From the IMG/VR virus record IMGVR_UViG_2574179762_000001, positions 1 through 64,000 of that record: a DNA stretch of 64,000 bases. The stretch is one strand, 5' to 3'. Shown in pieces: positions 39,090 through 48,753 of the stretch (its first letter is position 1; each line of letters opens with the position of its first letter). Source of the DNA: a virus. Lineage: Duplodnaviria; Caudoviricetes. The position numbers and the translations under genes were made by a program. The notes beneath the pieces are model-generated. The model searched no databases, was not told the origin of the DNA, and was given only the letters and a program-made list of their open reading frames with translations.

Positions 39090-39943
39090 GGCTTTGTCTC
39101 CGTTTTCCCTGAAATCCGGACAGTTGTCTCATCGGTTTGCGCAGGCCCATCCCGGATGGAGCGTGCCCAGCGCCCCTCGCTGCGAGTATTGCATCGACAA
39201 ACGCGACCTCTTCGGTCGACTCTATACCTTCCTTCGCCGCCGCATAATTACCTCCTCCATGAACATTCAAAACCGTGCTAACGTGTACGCGTCGCGCAAA
39301 TCAAACCATGGGGAAATCACACCGCAACTTGCAGGCGGCGACATACGGCCCCTCTTCTTGAATTCCCCGTATTTGTTTAGGTCGTTAAGCTTCGGGCTAA
39401 AACTAGATTCCTGCACATTTAGCGCCGCATCCAAAATTTAGACTCAATATAGTTGCCACCTATACGTACTTCAAGGGCCAGTTCACACTCGTTTCTATCT
39501 CGAATTGACGTTGGTGCGATAGTTGGCGCCAATGAACCAGAAATTTGTGCACGGTAGTCGATAAATTTTCATTGGATTTTCAAAAATGGAACACTCTGAA
39601 AATTACTTAATTCTGTAATAAATATAGAAGAGCGGCGCAGATTTCCAATCTGTCAACACTAGCCGCGGGGAGGCGACCGACGTATGTTTTACAGCGGCCT
39701 AGCAGCAGGTCGCTGAAATACTCTGCCGGAGCGGTCTCCAGCTATGTATAGATGGTTGCGCTATTCTTGTTGCTTCCGTCGCGACGGCAATCCGCGGAGT
39801 TTGCTGCTCGGCGGCAGTCGGCCCCGTTCCTGCGCAACGCCGGCACCCAGACAGCCCTTTCCTTCCCGTCCCGCAATTTGGCGAAGATCCATAAAGGCCG
39901 CTGACTGGTGGGCTGGAGAATTGCGTCAGGTAGGGCGCAGGAC

Positions 39944-40414
39944 TTAGGAGAGTGGCAGAGTCAGTTGAGCGGCGGGGCTGGCTTGGTCGGGTCGCTCGGC
40001 TTGGGCTGTGCTGCGCGGTATTCGCCCTCGGGCCCGCAGGATCATTGGGATCAGCCCCTTGCTCTCGACATGGGTGCGGAGTTGCTGTACCCGGCGCTCG
40101 GTGATACCGAACTCCGCGGCGATCTCGCGCGTACCCGCACCATGTGCCAGGCGTTCCGCGATCAGGCGGTCGCGCCGGTCCATCGCTTCCAGGTGTCCGC
40201 CGGGAATCCACAGTGTCTCGCTGCCGTATGCGGCAACCAAGCGGCGGAAGGCGGCATGCCCGATCAGCCGGGCGACCGGGTGACTCTTGTCGGCCGTGGC
40301 AGGGATATATACGTTGGCGCCACCGAACCAAGCCACCAGCAGTGAGGTGGCCGTGTAGCCAATCTCAGCACTCACATCCTCCAGCACTCCGTTTGCCTTG
40401 ATTCTGTCCATCAT
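39944..40414 (-). CDS. Mor/C-like late transcription activator
   Basis: FGGANVYIP, YGSETLWIP, RDRLI...REIAAEFGITERRV HTH. Confidence 0.7.
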   Translation of the reverse strand: MMDRIKANGVLEDVSAEIGYTATSLLVAWFGGANVYIPATADKSHPVARLIGHAAFRRLVAAYGSETLWIPGGHLEAMDRRDRLIAERLAHGAGTREIAAEFGITERRVQQLRTHVESKGLIPMILRARGRIPRSTAQAERPDQASPAAQLTLPLS

Positions 40415-40422
40415 GTCCCCGC

Positions 40423-40839
40423 TCAGTCAAAGACAACCCCGTAGGTGGAAGCGGCGTGAGCCTCGACCTGCCTTATGTATTCCGCCATGGCGCCGACAGT
40501 GATCTCGCCGCGGGCGATTGATGGCTCGACCAGCACTACTCGGCCGTCCTGCAGGCGATGTTCCTCCGGTGGCAGGAACCGCTCCTTCATGTGCTTGTGC
40601 CACGTCGCCTTGCTGAACCGGCAACCAACGACCACCGCCTGCTCGGCGATCGGCTCGATCACCGCCACCCAGTAGAAGCGGACCTGCTCTTCCGTGCGGT
40701 CAGCACCGTCGTCCACCAGGATCACCCTGAGGGGGCGGCCGTCGCTAGCCATCGCCGGCGCCGCCGCCTTGACGGTGGCTATCACCGCCTGCCAGTCCGC
40801 CCGGCCCCGGAGGGTGAACTCCCGGTAGACCTCTGCCAC
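40423..40839 (-). CDS. NinB-like recombination protein
   Basis: RTEEQ..FYW, WH.HMK..FL, MAEYI..VEA. Confidence 0.75.
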   Translation of the reverse strand: MAEVYREFTLRGRADWQAVIATVKAAAPAMASDGRPLRVILVDDGADRTEEQVRFYWVAVIEPIAEQAVVVGCRFSKATWHKHMKERFLPPEEHRLQDGRVVLVEPSIARGEITVGAMAEYIRQVEAHAASTYGVVFD

Positions 40840-40840
40840 G

Positions 40841-41056
40841 TCAGAACGACATACCGACGGCGAAATCGGTGCGCTTCATGTTGTCGACCTTGCGCGCGGT
40901 CTCGGCGCCCAGCACGATGAACTCCTGGCCGGGATGTTCGCGCGCCAGCCGTTCCGCCTCCGTCACGGCGGACTCATAGCCCGGGTGGTGGTACTTTGGC
41001 GGGGTCATCCCGGTGGGCGACCAGACGATCCAGAATTTTTCGGCGCTGTCAGGCAT
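40841..41056 (-). CDS. hypothetical phage protein
   Basis: FWIVWSP...H...SA..EAERLA..HPGQEF motif. Confidence 0.65.
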   Translation of the reverse strand: MPDSAEKFWIVWSPTGMTPPKYHHPGYESAVTEAERLAREHPGQEFIVLGAETARKVDNMKRTDFAVGMSF

Positions 41057-41231
41057 TCTTGCTTCCTTCCTGTTTGGCACGGGCCTCAGTCAGCGTGCGC
41101 GTCTTTGCCACGGCGCACGCTATCTGCTGGCAGCGCATCCGGCTGATTCCGTAAGCGGCGGCTGCGACCGCCAAGGATTTGCCATCAATGACCAGCATGT
41201 GGTGGATGGCGCGGTTTCGGTCTGTTTTCAT
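41049..41231 (-). CDS. small HTH protein
   Basis: AAAYGISRMRCQQI. Confidence 0.5.
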   Translation of the reverse strand: MKTDRNRAIHHMLVIDGKSLAVAAAAYGISRMRCQQIACAVAKTRTLTEARAKQEGSKNA

Positions 41232-41346
41232 CTCTGCTGCAGGTAGACATCGATTGGACCGAGCTCGAGTACGGCGCGACCGCGAGGCGCGCGCCAGTAC
41301 CCCAATCCCCAGCGGAGCGGGTTGAGCCCGCGGATCTTGATGCGCA

Positions 41347-41873
41347 TCACGCCGCCTCCCGGTCTTCGTCCAGGCCGGCGGCCGGCATGCGGCGCGTGCC
41401 CTCCTTCTTCAGCCGCACGACGTTGCCGGAACGGATCCGCCGGTCTGCCTCGAAGATCGCCGCGGCGTGCTGTTGCTTCGTGACGGTGGCCAGCAGACCT
41501 CGTACAGGGACATCGCCTCGTTGAGCCGCGGCAGGTCGCCGACACCGAGCCGGAGCGCGCGGAGCGCCTTGCACCGCTCGCCAATGTTGATCATGGCGTT
41601 CTGCGCGGCATAAATCACGGCCAAGCCCACCTCTCGGTTGCCGGCCTTCTCACACAGCACCTGAGAGCAGTTCAAGGCGTTGACGATGGTGTGCCAGTCG
41701 TCCTTCGTGGCCTCCCCGCGCGCCAGCGCCTGCACGGACCAGTGCGCGGCGCCGAGGATGGATTCGCGGTCAGACTGTTGCAGGGGCTTGTCGCTGTCGA
41801 ACAGCAGCGCGGCGATGTTCGTGCGCACCTGGCGCGGCCGGTAGGCCTTGTCCCGCTTCTTCTTGGTGGCCAT
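41347..41873 (-). pseudogene. hypothetical nin-region protein, frameshift near 41498
   Basis: Adding one base joins 41409-41873 to the LLATVTKQQ...DEDREAA frame. Confidence 0.6.
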
Positions 41874-41874
41874 C

Positions 41875-42312
41875 TCAGAAAACCTCCCTCACCCATCCGC
41901 CGCCCTTCTTCATGGGCAGCTTCGTTGCCTTCACCATGCGGAAGTACGGCAACACCTCCGCGCACAACTTGATCTTCATTTGCCCGTGGGCCGTCACGAA
42001 TCCGCCCTTGGTTTCGTGGATCTCCAGTCGCGTGTCGGCTGGGAGCACCAGGAAGTCCACCTCGTAGAACGTGTTGTCAGCCAGGCGCACACGCATCGGG
42101 TGGAACTTCCAGTCGAGGACAAGCCCTTGGCGCTTCTCTTCGTCCAGCAGGATGGAATAGGCGCGCTCGGTCTTGTTCATCTGGTCCTTGGGCAGGCGGC
42201 CCAGCGCATGGAAGCGCGCCATCGGGTCGGCCTTCTTGGCCGGCGCCGGCTTGGGCTGGCGTGCCTGGAGCGCGGCCAGCTGCTCTGCGGTCCATCGGAG
42301 CATCTTGCTCAT
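41875..42312 (-). CDS. DUF1064-like PD-(D/E)XK endonuclease
   Basis: MNKTE..Y, FYEVDF, EIHETKG. Confidence 0.75.
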   Translation of the reverse strand: MSKMLRWTAEQLAALQARQPKPAPAKKADPMARFHALGRLPKDQMNKTERAYSILLDEEKRQGLVLDWKFHPMRVRLADNTFYEVDFLVLPADTRLEIHETKGGFVTAHGQMKIKLCAEVLPYFRMVKATKLPMKKGGGWVREVF

Positions 42313-43070
42313 GCCGCGGCTCCCATGAACATGCTGGTCTGGATTGGATTGGCGCGGCGATCCCAGAACACCAGAGACTGGCGCGACTCGATCCGCTCGC
42401 GCATGACCTGAGCTCGCGATTCCTTGCTGGCCGGCGTGTAGGCGCCCTTCCACTTCGAGTCGATGCCCACGTTCTGGGCGATGTTCGTGCTGTCGGCGCT
42501 GGCAAAGGGAAAACGGCTAAAGACTTCCGGGTCCAGCATGCGCAGGCCGTGCAGCTTGCAGACCGGCCGGCCGTGCTTGTCGCACACCACATCCATCGCC
42601 TCGGACATGCGCGTCCACCATGCCGCCGTGCCGACCTGCGCGTAATCGCCAGAACTGCCAAGGCACACGCGCGGCCATGCCATCGCCAGTCGTTCCAGGC
42701 GCTCCAGGCTTTCGTGCAGGTGCCAGACCGGGGCGCCGACCCACGGGGCACGCTCGCGCCACGGCCACTCAGCCAGCAGGGCATCGTTCGCTTCCTCGTC
42801 GCCGTCGATCACGTCCGGGATCACGGCGAAGTCAAAAGAGGGGTACCGATGAAGCTCGGCCACCCATTCATAGAACGGGTTCCAGTCGGTAATCGGCTTG
42901 CCAGAGCGCCAGGCGGAGAAGGCGCCGTTGTCTACGGCGAAGGACTGCGCCACCTCGAGGACGATGCCGAGTTGGTCAGGGCGGTGGAACGACACGAAGG
43001 CGTGCCCGGCAAAGACCGCCTTGGCTGCGGCCGTCGTCGGGGTAATGGGAGTTCCGTGGTAATGGATCAC
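42309..43070 (-). CDS. TGT/DpdA-like guanine transglycosylase-fold protein
   Basis: DNGAFS, PDVIDG, PVWH, LGSSG, KLHGL, FASADST in TGT motif order. Confidence 0.7.
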   Translation of the reverse strand: MIHYHGTPITPTTAAAKAVFAGHAFVSFHRPDQLGIVLEVAQSFAVDNGAFSAWRSGKPITDWNPFYEWVAELHRYPSFDFAVIPDVIDGDEEANDALLAEWPWRERAPWVGAPVWHLHESLERLERLAMAWPRVCLGSSGDYAQVGTAAWWTRMSEAMDVVCDKHGRPVCKLHGLRMLDPEVFSRFPFASADSTNIAQNVGIDSKWKGAYTPASKESRAQVMRERIESRQSLVFWDRRANPIQTSMFMGAAA

Positions 43071-43456
43071 ACCGACACTCCCACGAGGAGGGCGACGTCG
43101 TCGTCGCTGGTCTTCGGGCCGATCTGTGCCACTACCGAGACGCCAGACTCCAGGATGCGGCGATGCACGGCACTGATGTAGGCCAGTCGCTTCTGGCTGT
43201 CAGCCTGGGCGCCCGGTTCGCCGCGGCGCGTTTCGATGTCGACGCCGCGATGGTGGGCACGCAACGTCTGCTGGCCGCCCAGCGCTTGGTGCAGCCCGTC
43301 GGCGATGGCTTCGTGGTAGGCGCTGCGGTGCTGCGCGCATGCCGCGATGATGTGCTCGGCGTGGATCATCGTGCTGCTGGCGATCTCCAGCGCGTAGACG
43401 ATCATCGCGCCGTTGGCTGGACACTTGCACACGAACTGGTGACGATAGATATTCAT
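43067..43456 (-). CDS. QueF-like T-fold protein
   Basis: F.C.CP, internal E, YHE, RGVDI in QueF order; GTGA-coupled to the TGT-like gene. Confidence 0.6.
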   Translation of the reverse strand: MNIYRHQFVCKCPANGAMIVYALEIASSTMIHAEHIIAACAQHRSAYHEAIADGLHQALGGQQTLRAHHRGVDIETRRGEPGAQADSQKRLAYISAVHRRILESGVSVVAQIGPKTSDDDVALLVGVSV

Positions 43457-43692
43457 ACCCCTCTCCCCTTGATCCACTCGCGGCGCTGGGCCGCCTGTTC
43501 CTCCGATACAGCCGCGTGCTTACCGCAGGCCTGCACCTCGGCGCCGATCCAGCGCAGCGTCAGCGCTTCTTTCAGGCACCGGCCCATCCCAACCCGGGCA
43601 TGGGCCCGGTCGCTGGCCTCCAAGTGCGCCTCTCCGGCAGCGGTGCGAGGCTTCACAGTGAAGTGCCGGCACGTAATGCAGTGGTCGCTCAT
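43453..43692 (-). CDS. small Cys-rich hypothetical protein
   Basis: CITCRHF...GRC...C; coupled on both sides. Confidence 0.6.
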   Translation of the reverse strand: MSDHCITCRHFTVKPRTAAGEAHLEASDRAHARVGMGRCLKEALTLRWIGAEVQACGKHAAVSEEQAAQRREWIKGRGV

Positions 43693-44773
43693 GCCGCCTC
43701 CTGCTCTGATGGATAGAAGAAGGCGAGGATCCGGGCATGCATGGCCTCGTCGCGCTCTGTCTCCCGCAGGAGCTGCTGGCGCCACGGGCCTTCCCCTGCG
43801 CGCTTGAATACACGAACCTTGAACGACATGAAAAGCTCGCCCTCCTCTACCTTCCAGGCGACGCTCAGTTCCGCGGCTTTCGCCTTGATCCCCTCGATGC
43901 TGTTCCACCACTCGGCGGCGGTCTGCGTCGGCGTAGCTGGGTCAGCCGGCTTGCCGGCCACAGCCGCCGCGGCTTTGGCGGCCTGCTCGCGCGCCGAGCG
44001 AATAATCCCCAGGATGTAGCCGGCGTTCGGCCTCTCGTTGGGCTTCTTCATGCCGAACACCTCGACCGCTTCTGCGATCTCCTGGTCAGACACGGCCAGG
44101 CGGACCATCTCGGTGACGTCGGCGTGATTGCTGGTCACCGCCATGCCGTAGGTCTTGCGGAGCAGGATGGCCAACTGCACGGGCCGCGGGTTTTCCTCGC
44201 CGGTCGTCTGGTTCAGCGGGTGTGATGTGGCGTGGGCTGCTGCCCCCGCGTTGCCGCTGAGGTTCACATCACCACTAACCTTTGAAGTAGTAGGTGATGG
44301 TGATGGTGAAGGGCATTGCTCAGGCACAGCTCCGGGCAGTCCATCGGGCAGTCCATCGGGCACTGCTTCGGGTTGTGCTTCGAGCATGCTTGGAGCATCG
44401 CTTGCGGCATGCCCGGGGGACTTCCTGCCCCACCTCTTTTCTGCTGCTAGTGTGGCTTTTGCTACGGCACTTTCTTTCCGCGTCTGGCTTGCCCGAAGCT
44501 CTTCATCGGCGCGCTTCTGGTGCAGCAATCCGTTCTCTTCCTTGAAGAATCGGATCACAGCAGGCTTCGCCCTCTTCCATGCGGCAGCCGTAAGGCGCGT
44601 GATCTGCGCGCCAGCGTCGCGTCGTCGTGGGGCGGCGGCCCATTGCGCCAGTAGTCCATGAGCAGCAGCAGGTATGCCCCATGCTGCTCAGTGGTCAGGC
44701 GCGTGGTGTCCGCCAGGTAGTCGCCGATGAACAGCGGCATCCAGACGTCCGCCTTGTCTTTGGCCTTGCTCAC
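43689..44773 (-). pseudogene. YdaU/DUF1376-family replication initiator, frameshifted near 44608
   Basis: [24 protein letters not shown]; removing 2 nt from GCGCGC restores LAQITRL..W into 43689-44558. Confidence 0.8.
44311..44412. repeat. degenerate 12-bp tandem repeats, candidate origin iterons
   Basis: GGCAGTCCATCG twice, GGCACTGCTTCG, GGTTGTGCTTCG and others inside the initiator gene. Confidence 0.55.
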
Positions 44774-45192
44774 TTCGATACCTCCAGGGGCGGCAGGTAC
44801 GCCGCCAGCAAGGTTTGCGTCTCACGGGTCAACTCGGCCTCATCAAAGCCATACACGGCAGCAAAGCGCTTCACGCCCAGACCGTGCACGCCGGTGTTGC
44901 CGCGGTGGTGCTCCGGGCAAAGCGGGATGGCGTCTCGGTGCTCGGCGCGCTGGCCCATGCCGGTACCCTTGCGCGGGTGATGGATCTCCGCCGGCGTGGC
45001 GCCCAGGCCCAGCCGACGGCAGCAGGCGCAGCCGAGCGCGGCGACGTGATCAAGGTAGATGCGCTCCGCCTTCTTCGCGCGCGTCTTCCCCTTCTTCTTG
45101 AAGGGGCTGGGAACCAAGCCTGCGGTCTGTCTCAGCCAAATAGTTGAATGCAGTGGCGTTCTTCGACGAAGTTGGGTGCGACGCTTTAGCAT
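44770..45192 (-). CDS. Ref-family/HNH-like nuclease
   Basis: [20 protein letters not shown]. Confidence 0.8.
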   Translation of the reverse strand: MLKRRTQLRRRTPLHSTIWLRQTAGLVPSPFKKKGKTRAKKAERIYLDHVAALGCACCRRLGLGATPAEIHHPRKGTGMGQRAEHRDAIPLCPEHHRGNTGVHGLGVKRFAAVYGFDEAELTRETQTLLAAYLPPLEVSK

Positions 45193-45311
45193 GACGCAAC
45201 CCAATCCGTCGTCGACAGATTTTGCGCGGGCTTTACCCCCACCGAAGTACGATTGAAAGTGGAAGCCTTGTATGCCAGCATCGCTAGCTCAACAATTTCG
45301 AGAGGACAACA

Positions 45312-45500
45312 ATGGCACGATTCCGCATTGAAACGGTCACCGATCCCGCAACCGGGCTTATCTATACCGAGATGTATTACCCCGAAAATGCAGCTACCCC
45401 TTCGGCACGCACGAAGCCCATCTATCCTTCGCATGAAGCTGCCGAAGCAGATGCAGTGAAGATGTTCCAGGACTGGGCGGAGGGTCTGGATAAGCAGTGA
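45312..45500 (+). CDS. small hypothetical protein, reverse-oriented moron
   Basis: GAGGA RBS; 62 aa. Confidence 0.6.
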   Translation: MARFRIETVTDPATGLIYTEMYYPENAATPSARTKPIYPSHEAAEADAVKMFQDWAEGLDKQ

Positions 45501-45547
45501 TCTAGAAGTCTGCGTACTACTAGTACCAGTATGTTGGAGGCCAGGAC

Positions 45548-45739
45548 TCATGCGGCCTCCAGCCGTTTTCGCTCGCGGGTCGACCAGCTTCCCATCTCAG
45601 GCACGTTCGCCTGAACCAGTGCGGCCGCCATAGGCGGGCTGACGCTATTGCCGCACATGCGCACCTGGGCATGCTTCGGCAGGCGCTTGCCGCCGATGAT
45701 CTCTGGTGCGATGTCGAGCAGGAGTTGGTCGCGGATCAT
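45548..45739 (-). pseudogene. C5 cytosine methyltransferase remnant (internal deletion)
   Basis: N-terminal MIRDQLLLDIAPEII fused to motif-X end QVRMCGNSVSPP. Confidence 0.7.
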
Positions 45740-45752
45740 GCTGTCGCCCTCG

Positions 45753-46088
45753 TTACTGCGCTGCGGCCATAGCCGCCGCAGCACTCGAGGGTTCGTCAGC
45801 CAAGCTCAGCAGTTCCTGCCAGGCGCCCGTCGCTTCGCACTTCCGCTCGCCAGAAACCGTCAGGCGGCCAGCATCAAGCAGACCGCGCGCCACTCGGCAG
45901 ACGGATCCCATAGGGAGATTGGTTCGGTAGAAGAGATCCCATCGGGTCAGTTTGACGGCCGGCCCGGTGAAGTGGGACATCACCATGTCGTTCTGGACGA
46001 CTCGCTTTGCGTTCGTGATTGCATCGTGCGAGGCCGCTTGCGTTTCAGACATGCGGCGGTCCGAGGGGGTGCTGTAAATTTGTTCCAT
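45753..46088 (-). CDS. hypothetical winged-HTH protein
   Basis: LTR.DL...TNL..GSVC...RGLL..GRL. Confidence 0.6.
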   Translation of the reverse strand: MEQIYSTPSDRRMSETQAASHDAITNAKRVVQNDMVMSHFTGPAVKLTRWDLFYRTNLPMGSVCRVARGLLDAGRLTVSGERKCEATGAWQELLSLADEPSSAAAAMAAAQ

Positions 46089-46151
46089 GTTTCTCCCCGG
46101 CTTTCCGGTAAATGACTTGGGTACGCGGCGCCTTGTATCGGCGCGCTGTTA

Positions 46152-46544
46152 TCAGGCAGCCTTCATTGCCTCGATTTGGGATTCCAACTCGCGGATGCGG
46201 CGCTGCTCGTTTGTCTCGCGGCTGGTCACGAAACCGCAGACGCTGTCTTCGTACTGGCGGATGGCCCAGTTGCCGCAGAGAGCCTGGAACTTGATGCGGA
46301 AGTCGAACGGCAGGTACTTCTTCCCGCTCAGGATGTTGGAGAGGTGCGACTTGGGCATGCCCAGGATTGCTGCCGCATCCGAGATCGAATAGCGAACGCG
46401 GCGTTTCGCCCAGCAGAGGACTGTCGCGTCTGCCTCGTGGCGCAGGCGTGCGATCAGAAAGTCCGCAACCATCTCCGGCTCTCCGACGACTTCGAAAAAC
46501 GGCATCTCCCGTTGCATCTGTTCGCTCCCTAACAGTTGTTCCAC
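46152..46544 (-). CDS. HTH regulator in CII position
   Basis: DAAAILGMPKSHLSNILSGK; downstream of cro. Confidence 0.7.
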   Translation of the reverse strand: MEQLLGSEQMQREMPFFEVVGEPEMVADFLIARLRHEADATVLCWAKRRVRYSISDAAAILGMPKSHLSNILSGKKYLPFDFRIKFQALCGNWAIRQYEDSVCGFVTSRETNEQRRIRELESQIEAMKAA

Positions 46545-46626
46545 TTGTTCCGCCTAGCGTTCCACGTACCAAGCGGCGTCAAATGAAGGCGTCACTTCGG
46601 ACGCCTCTATGAACCGCGAACTGCGC

Positions 46627-46875
46627 TTACTTCCCGTTGCTGCACCTTTTGCTCTTGCAGCAGTATTCGCGCACGAAGGCCCAATCGACTTTGTCGTTGA
46701 GTTCTTCACAGGCGACGGCACCTTCGGTGAGCCGCTCGATTACTGGGCACTGCTCGGCCGACACCGGCCGCTTGCCAGAGATCCACTGGTAGACGAGTCC
46801 TTGGGAGACCCCAAGTCGCTTTGCGAAGGCGGCCTGGCTGGTCTTCGTGGTTTCGAGATATTCGGCGAGCTTCAT
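46627..46875 (-). CDS. cro: Cro/YdaS-like regulator
   Basis: SQAAFAKRLGVSQGLVYQW; divergent from cI. Confidence 0.85.
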   Translation of the reverse strand: MKLAEYLETTKTSQAAFAKRLGVSQGLVYQWISGKRPVSAEQCPVIERLTEGAVACEELNDKVDWAFVREYCCKSKRCSNGK

Positions 46876-46884
46876 GAACCAAAT

Positions 46885-46948
46885 ACTAGCATAGCTAGTT
46901 AAATCGTCAATAGCTATGCTTGTTGTGCAAACAAATAGCATTGCTACA
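46885..46948. promoter_or_regulatory. OR-like operators (three TAGC-N3-GCTA sites) over divergent promoters
   Basis: ACTAGCATAGCTAGT 46885, AATAGCTATGCTTGT 46909, AATAGCATTGCTACA 46934. Confidence 0.75.
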
Positions 46949-46957
46949 CTCGCGCGC

Positions 46958-47962
46958 ATGTCGCGACCAAGCAAAACTCTCGAAGCCTGGCAAGCCGAAG
47001 ACGCCGCGCGTCTGAAGGCGCTCTATGGCGAGCGCAAGGGCAAGATGAGCCAGGAGGAATTCGGCAGCCGGTTCGAAATCGGCAGCCAGGGCATGGTCTG
47101 GCAGTATCTGAACGCCCGCCGTCCTCTGAATATCAAGGCGGCCACCGGCTTTGCGCGTGGCCTAGGTGTCGAAGTCGATGCGTTCAGCCTGCGGCTGGCT
47201 GAGGAGATCCGCAGGGCCTCTAGTACCGTCACCGACACGGTTCCGACCGTCCCTTCTGGCGCCGAGGCTGGCGGGAAGCCATCGGATCGATTGCGCATCG
47301 TCATGGCGGAGCAGCATCTCGACATTCCCGGGGTGGCGCAGCTCTTGGGCGTTGAATCGGCCGTCGTGCGTTCATGGCTTGAGCAGGATGCGCCAAAACT
47401 GCATCTGCACCACGCAGTCAAGCTGCAAGAGGCCTATGGCTACAGCCCTGCGTGGCTGATCAATGGCAAAGGGGAAGCGCGGCTATCGAACCTCCAGGAG
47501 GCCGAGCTGGACGAGCCCAGCCTGCCCGAGGACACATTCCCAATTCCACAGAGTGTTTTCAAACGGATTCCGGTTAGGGGCATGGCGCAGTTGGGAGACA
47601 ACGGACACTTTGTCGATATTGAATATCCAGTCGGGCACGGGGATGGATACCTCTATTTCCCCACTGCCGACCCTGATGCGTACGGATTGCGCTGCAATGG
47701 TGAGTCCATGCGACCGCGGGTCAAGCACGGAGAGTTTGTAGTTGTCGAACCCAATCGCGCCGTAACCAATGGCGACGAGGTCCTGGTAAAGGCCCAAGAC
47801 GGCCGTGTCATGGTGAAGGAACTGGCCTACGTCCGCGACGGCGTCGTGCACCTGTCGTCCGTGAACGAGCGCCACGGCATGCTGCGGATTCCTCAGGAAC
47901 AGATCGTCCGCCTGCAGTACGTAGCCGGCATCGTGAAGTCCTCGGTCTGGCGGCCGGATTGA
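46958..47962 (+). CDS. cI: CI-like repressor, two HTH domains + S24 peptidase
   Basis: Two XRE HTH segments; GESMRP (Ser), VKEL (Lys). Confidence 0.9.
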   Translation: MSRPSKTLEAWQAEDAARLKALYGERKGKMSQEEFGSRFEIGSQGMVWQYLNARRPLNIKAATGFARGLGVEVDAFSLRLAEEIRRASSTVTDTVPTVPSGAEAGGKPSDRLRIVMAEQHLDIPGVAQLLGVESAVVRSWLEQDAPKLHLHHAVKLQEAYGYSPAWLINGKGEARLSNLQEAELDEPSLPEDTFPIPQSVFKRIPVRGMAQLGDNGHFVDIEYPVGHGDGYLYFPTADPDAYGLRCNGESMRPRVKHGEFVVVEPNRAVTNGDEVLVKAQDGRVMVKELAYVRDGVVHLSSVNERHGMLRIPQEQIVRLQYVAGIVKSSVWRPD

Positions 47963-48037
47963 TCGCCGATACGTGTTGGCGAAGACGAAAGCTTATGCGC
48001 CACTCACCCACAGCTCACACAAAAACGCGACCTAAGA

Positions 48038-48658
48038 ATGGAAAGTCCAATAACTTCGTCTGAACCCGGTATTAGGAAGGCCCTTTCCCACCTCGACTCC
48101 ATGCTGGTCCCGAACGAGGTCGCGAAATGCTACGCCGTGCAGCGCCGACTCTTCGCACTTCTCCATCGCCGGGTCATGGTGGCGGCGACCTCGGGGAGGC
48201 TGATCGGCATCAGCCGGGGCTTGATCGGCGGATTCACGCCAGTGGACATCCGCTGGCAAGACGTCAAAACGGCAAACGTCAAAGCGGGAATCTTTGGCAG
48301 CGACATTACGATCACCGCCCTCACCCAGCCTGACTTAGCGAGCGGCGGGACCGTACGCACGTTCCAATTTACCGGGCTCAGGAAGGCCGACGCGCAGGCG
48401 GTATATCGTGCCTGCCAGGCGCAGGAACAAGCATGGCGCGAAAAGCGGCGGCTTCGCGAGTTGGAAGAGTTGCGAGCCAAGTCGGGCGGCTTCCAGGCAT
48501 CATCGCCGCGCGACGTGTCGTTCGGGAACGACGAATCCAACTCTGGCAAGGGAGATCTCACTTCGCGCCTCAAGCGCGCAAAAGAGATGCTCGATAGCGG
48601 TCTGATCAGCGATTCCGAGTACGAGACGATTAAAGCGAAAGTTATCTCGGAAATTTAG
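48038..48658 (+). CDS. bacterial PH-like domain + SHOCT protein
   Basis: ATSGRLI...DIRWQDV; C-terminal LKRAKEMLDSGLISDSEYETIK. Confidence 0.75.
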   Translation: MESPITSSEPGIRKALSHLDSMLVPNEVAKCYAVQRRLFALLHRRVMVAATSGRLIGISRGLIGGFTPVDIRWQDVKTANVKAGIFGSDITITALTQPDLASGGTVRTFQFTGLRKADAQAVYRACQAQEQAWREKRRLRELEELRAKSGGFQASSPRDVSFGNDESNSGKGDLTSRLKRAKEMLDSGLISDSEYETIKAKVISEI

Positions 48659-48753
48659 CCTTATGCGCGCACGTCGCCCTCAGTTGGGACCGCAGAAGGT
48701 TTGGATGCCGGCCGCCATGGGGCTGCGGGCACATCCCATGGGGAGAAGGACCA

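Noticed and set aside
44311-44412. CRISPR array
   Set aside because: 12-bp degenerate tandem repeats inside a gene, with no spacers and no cas genes.
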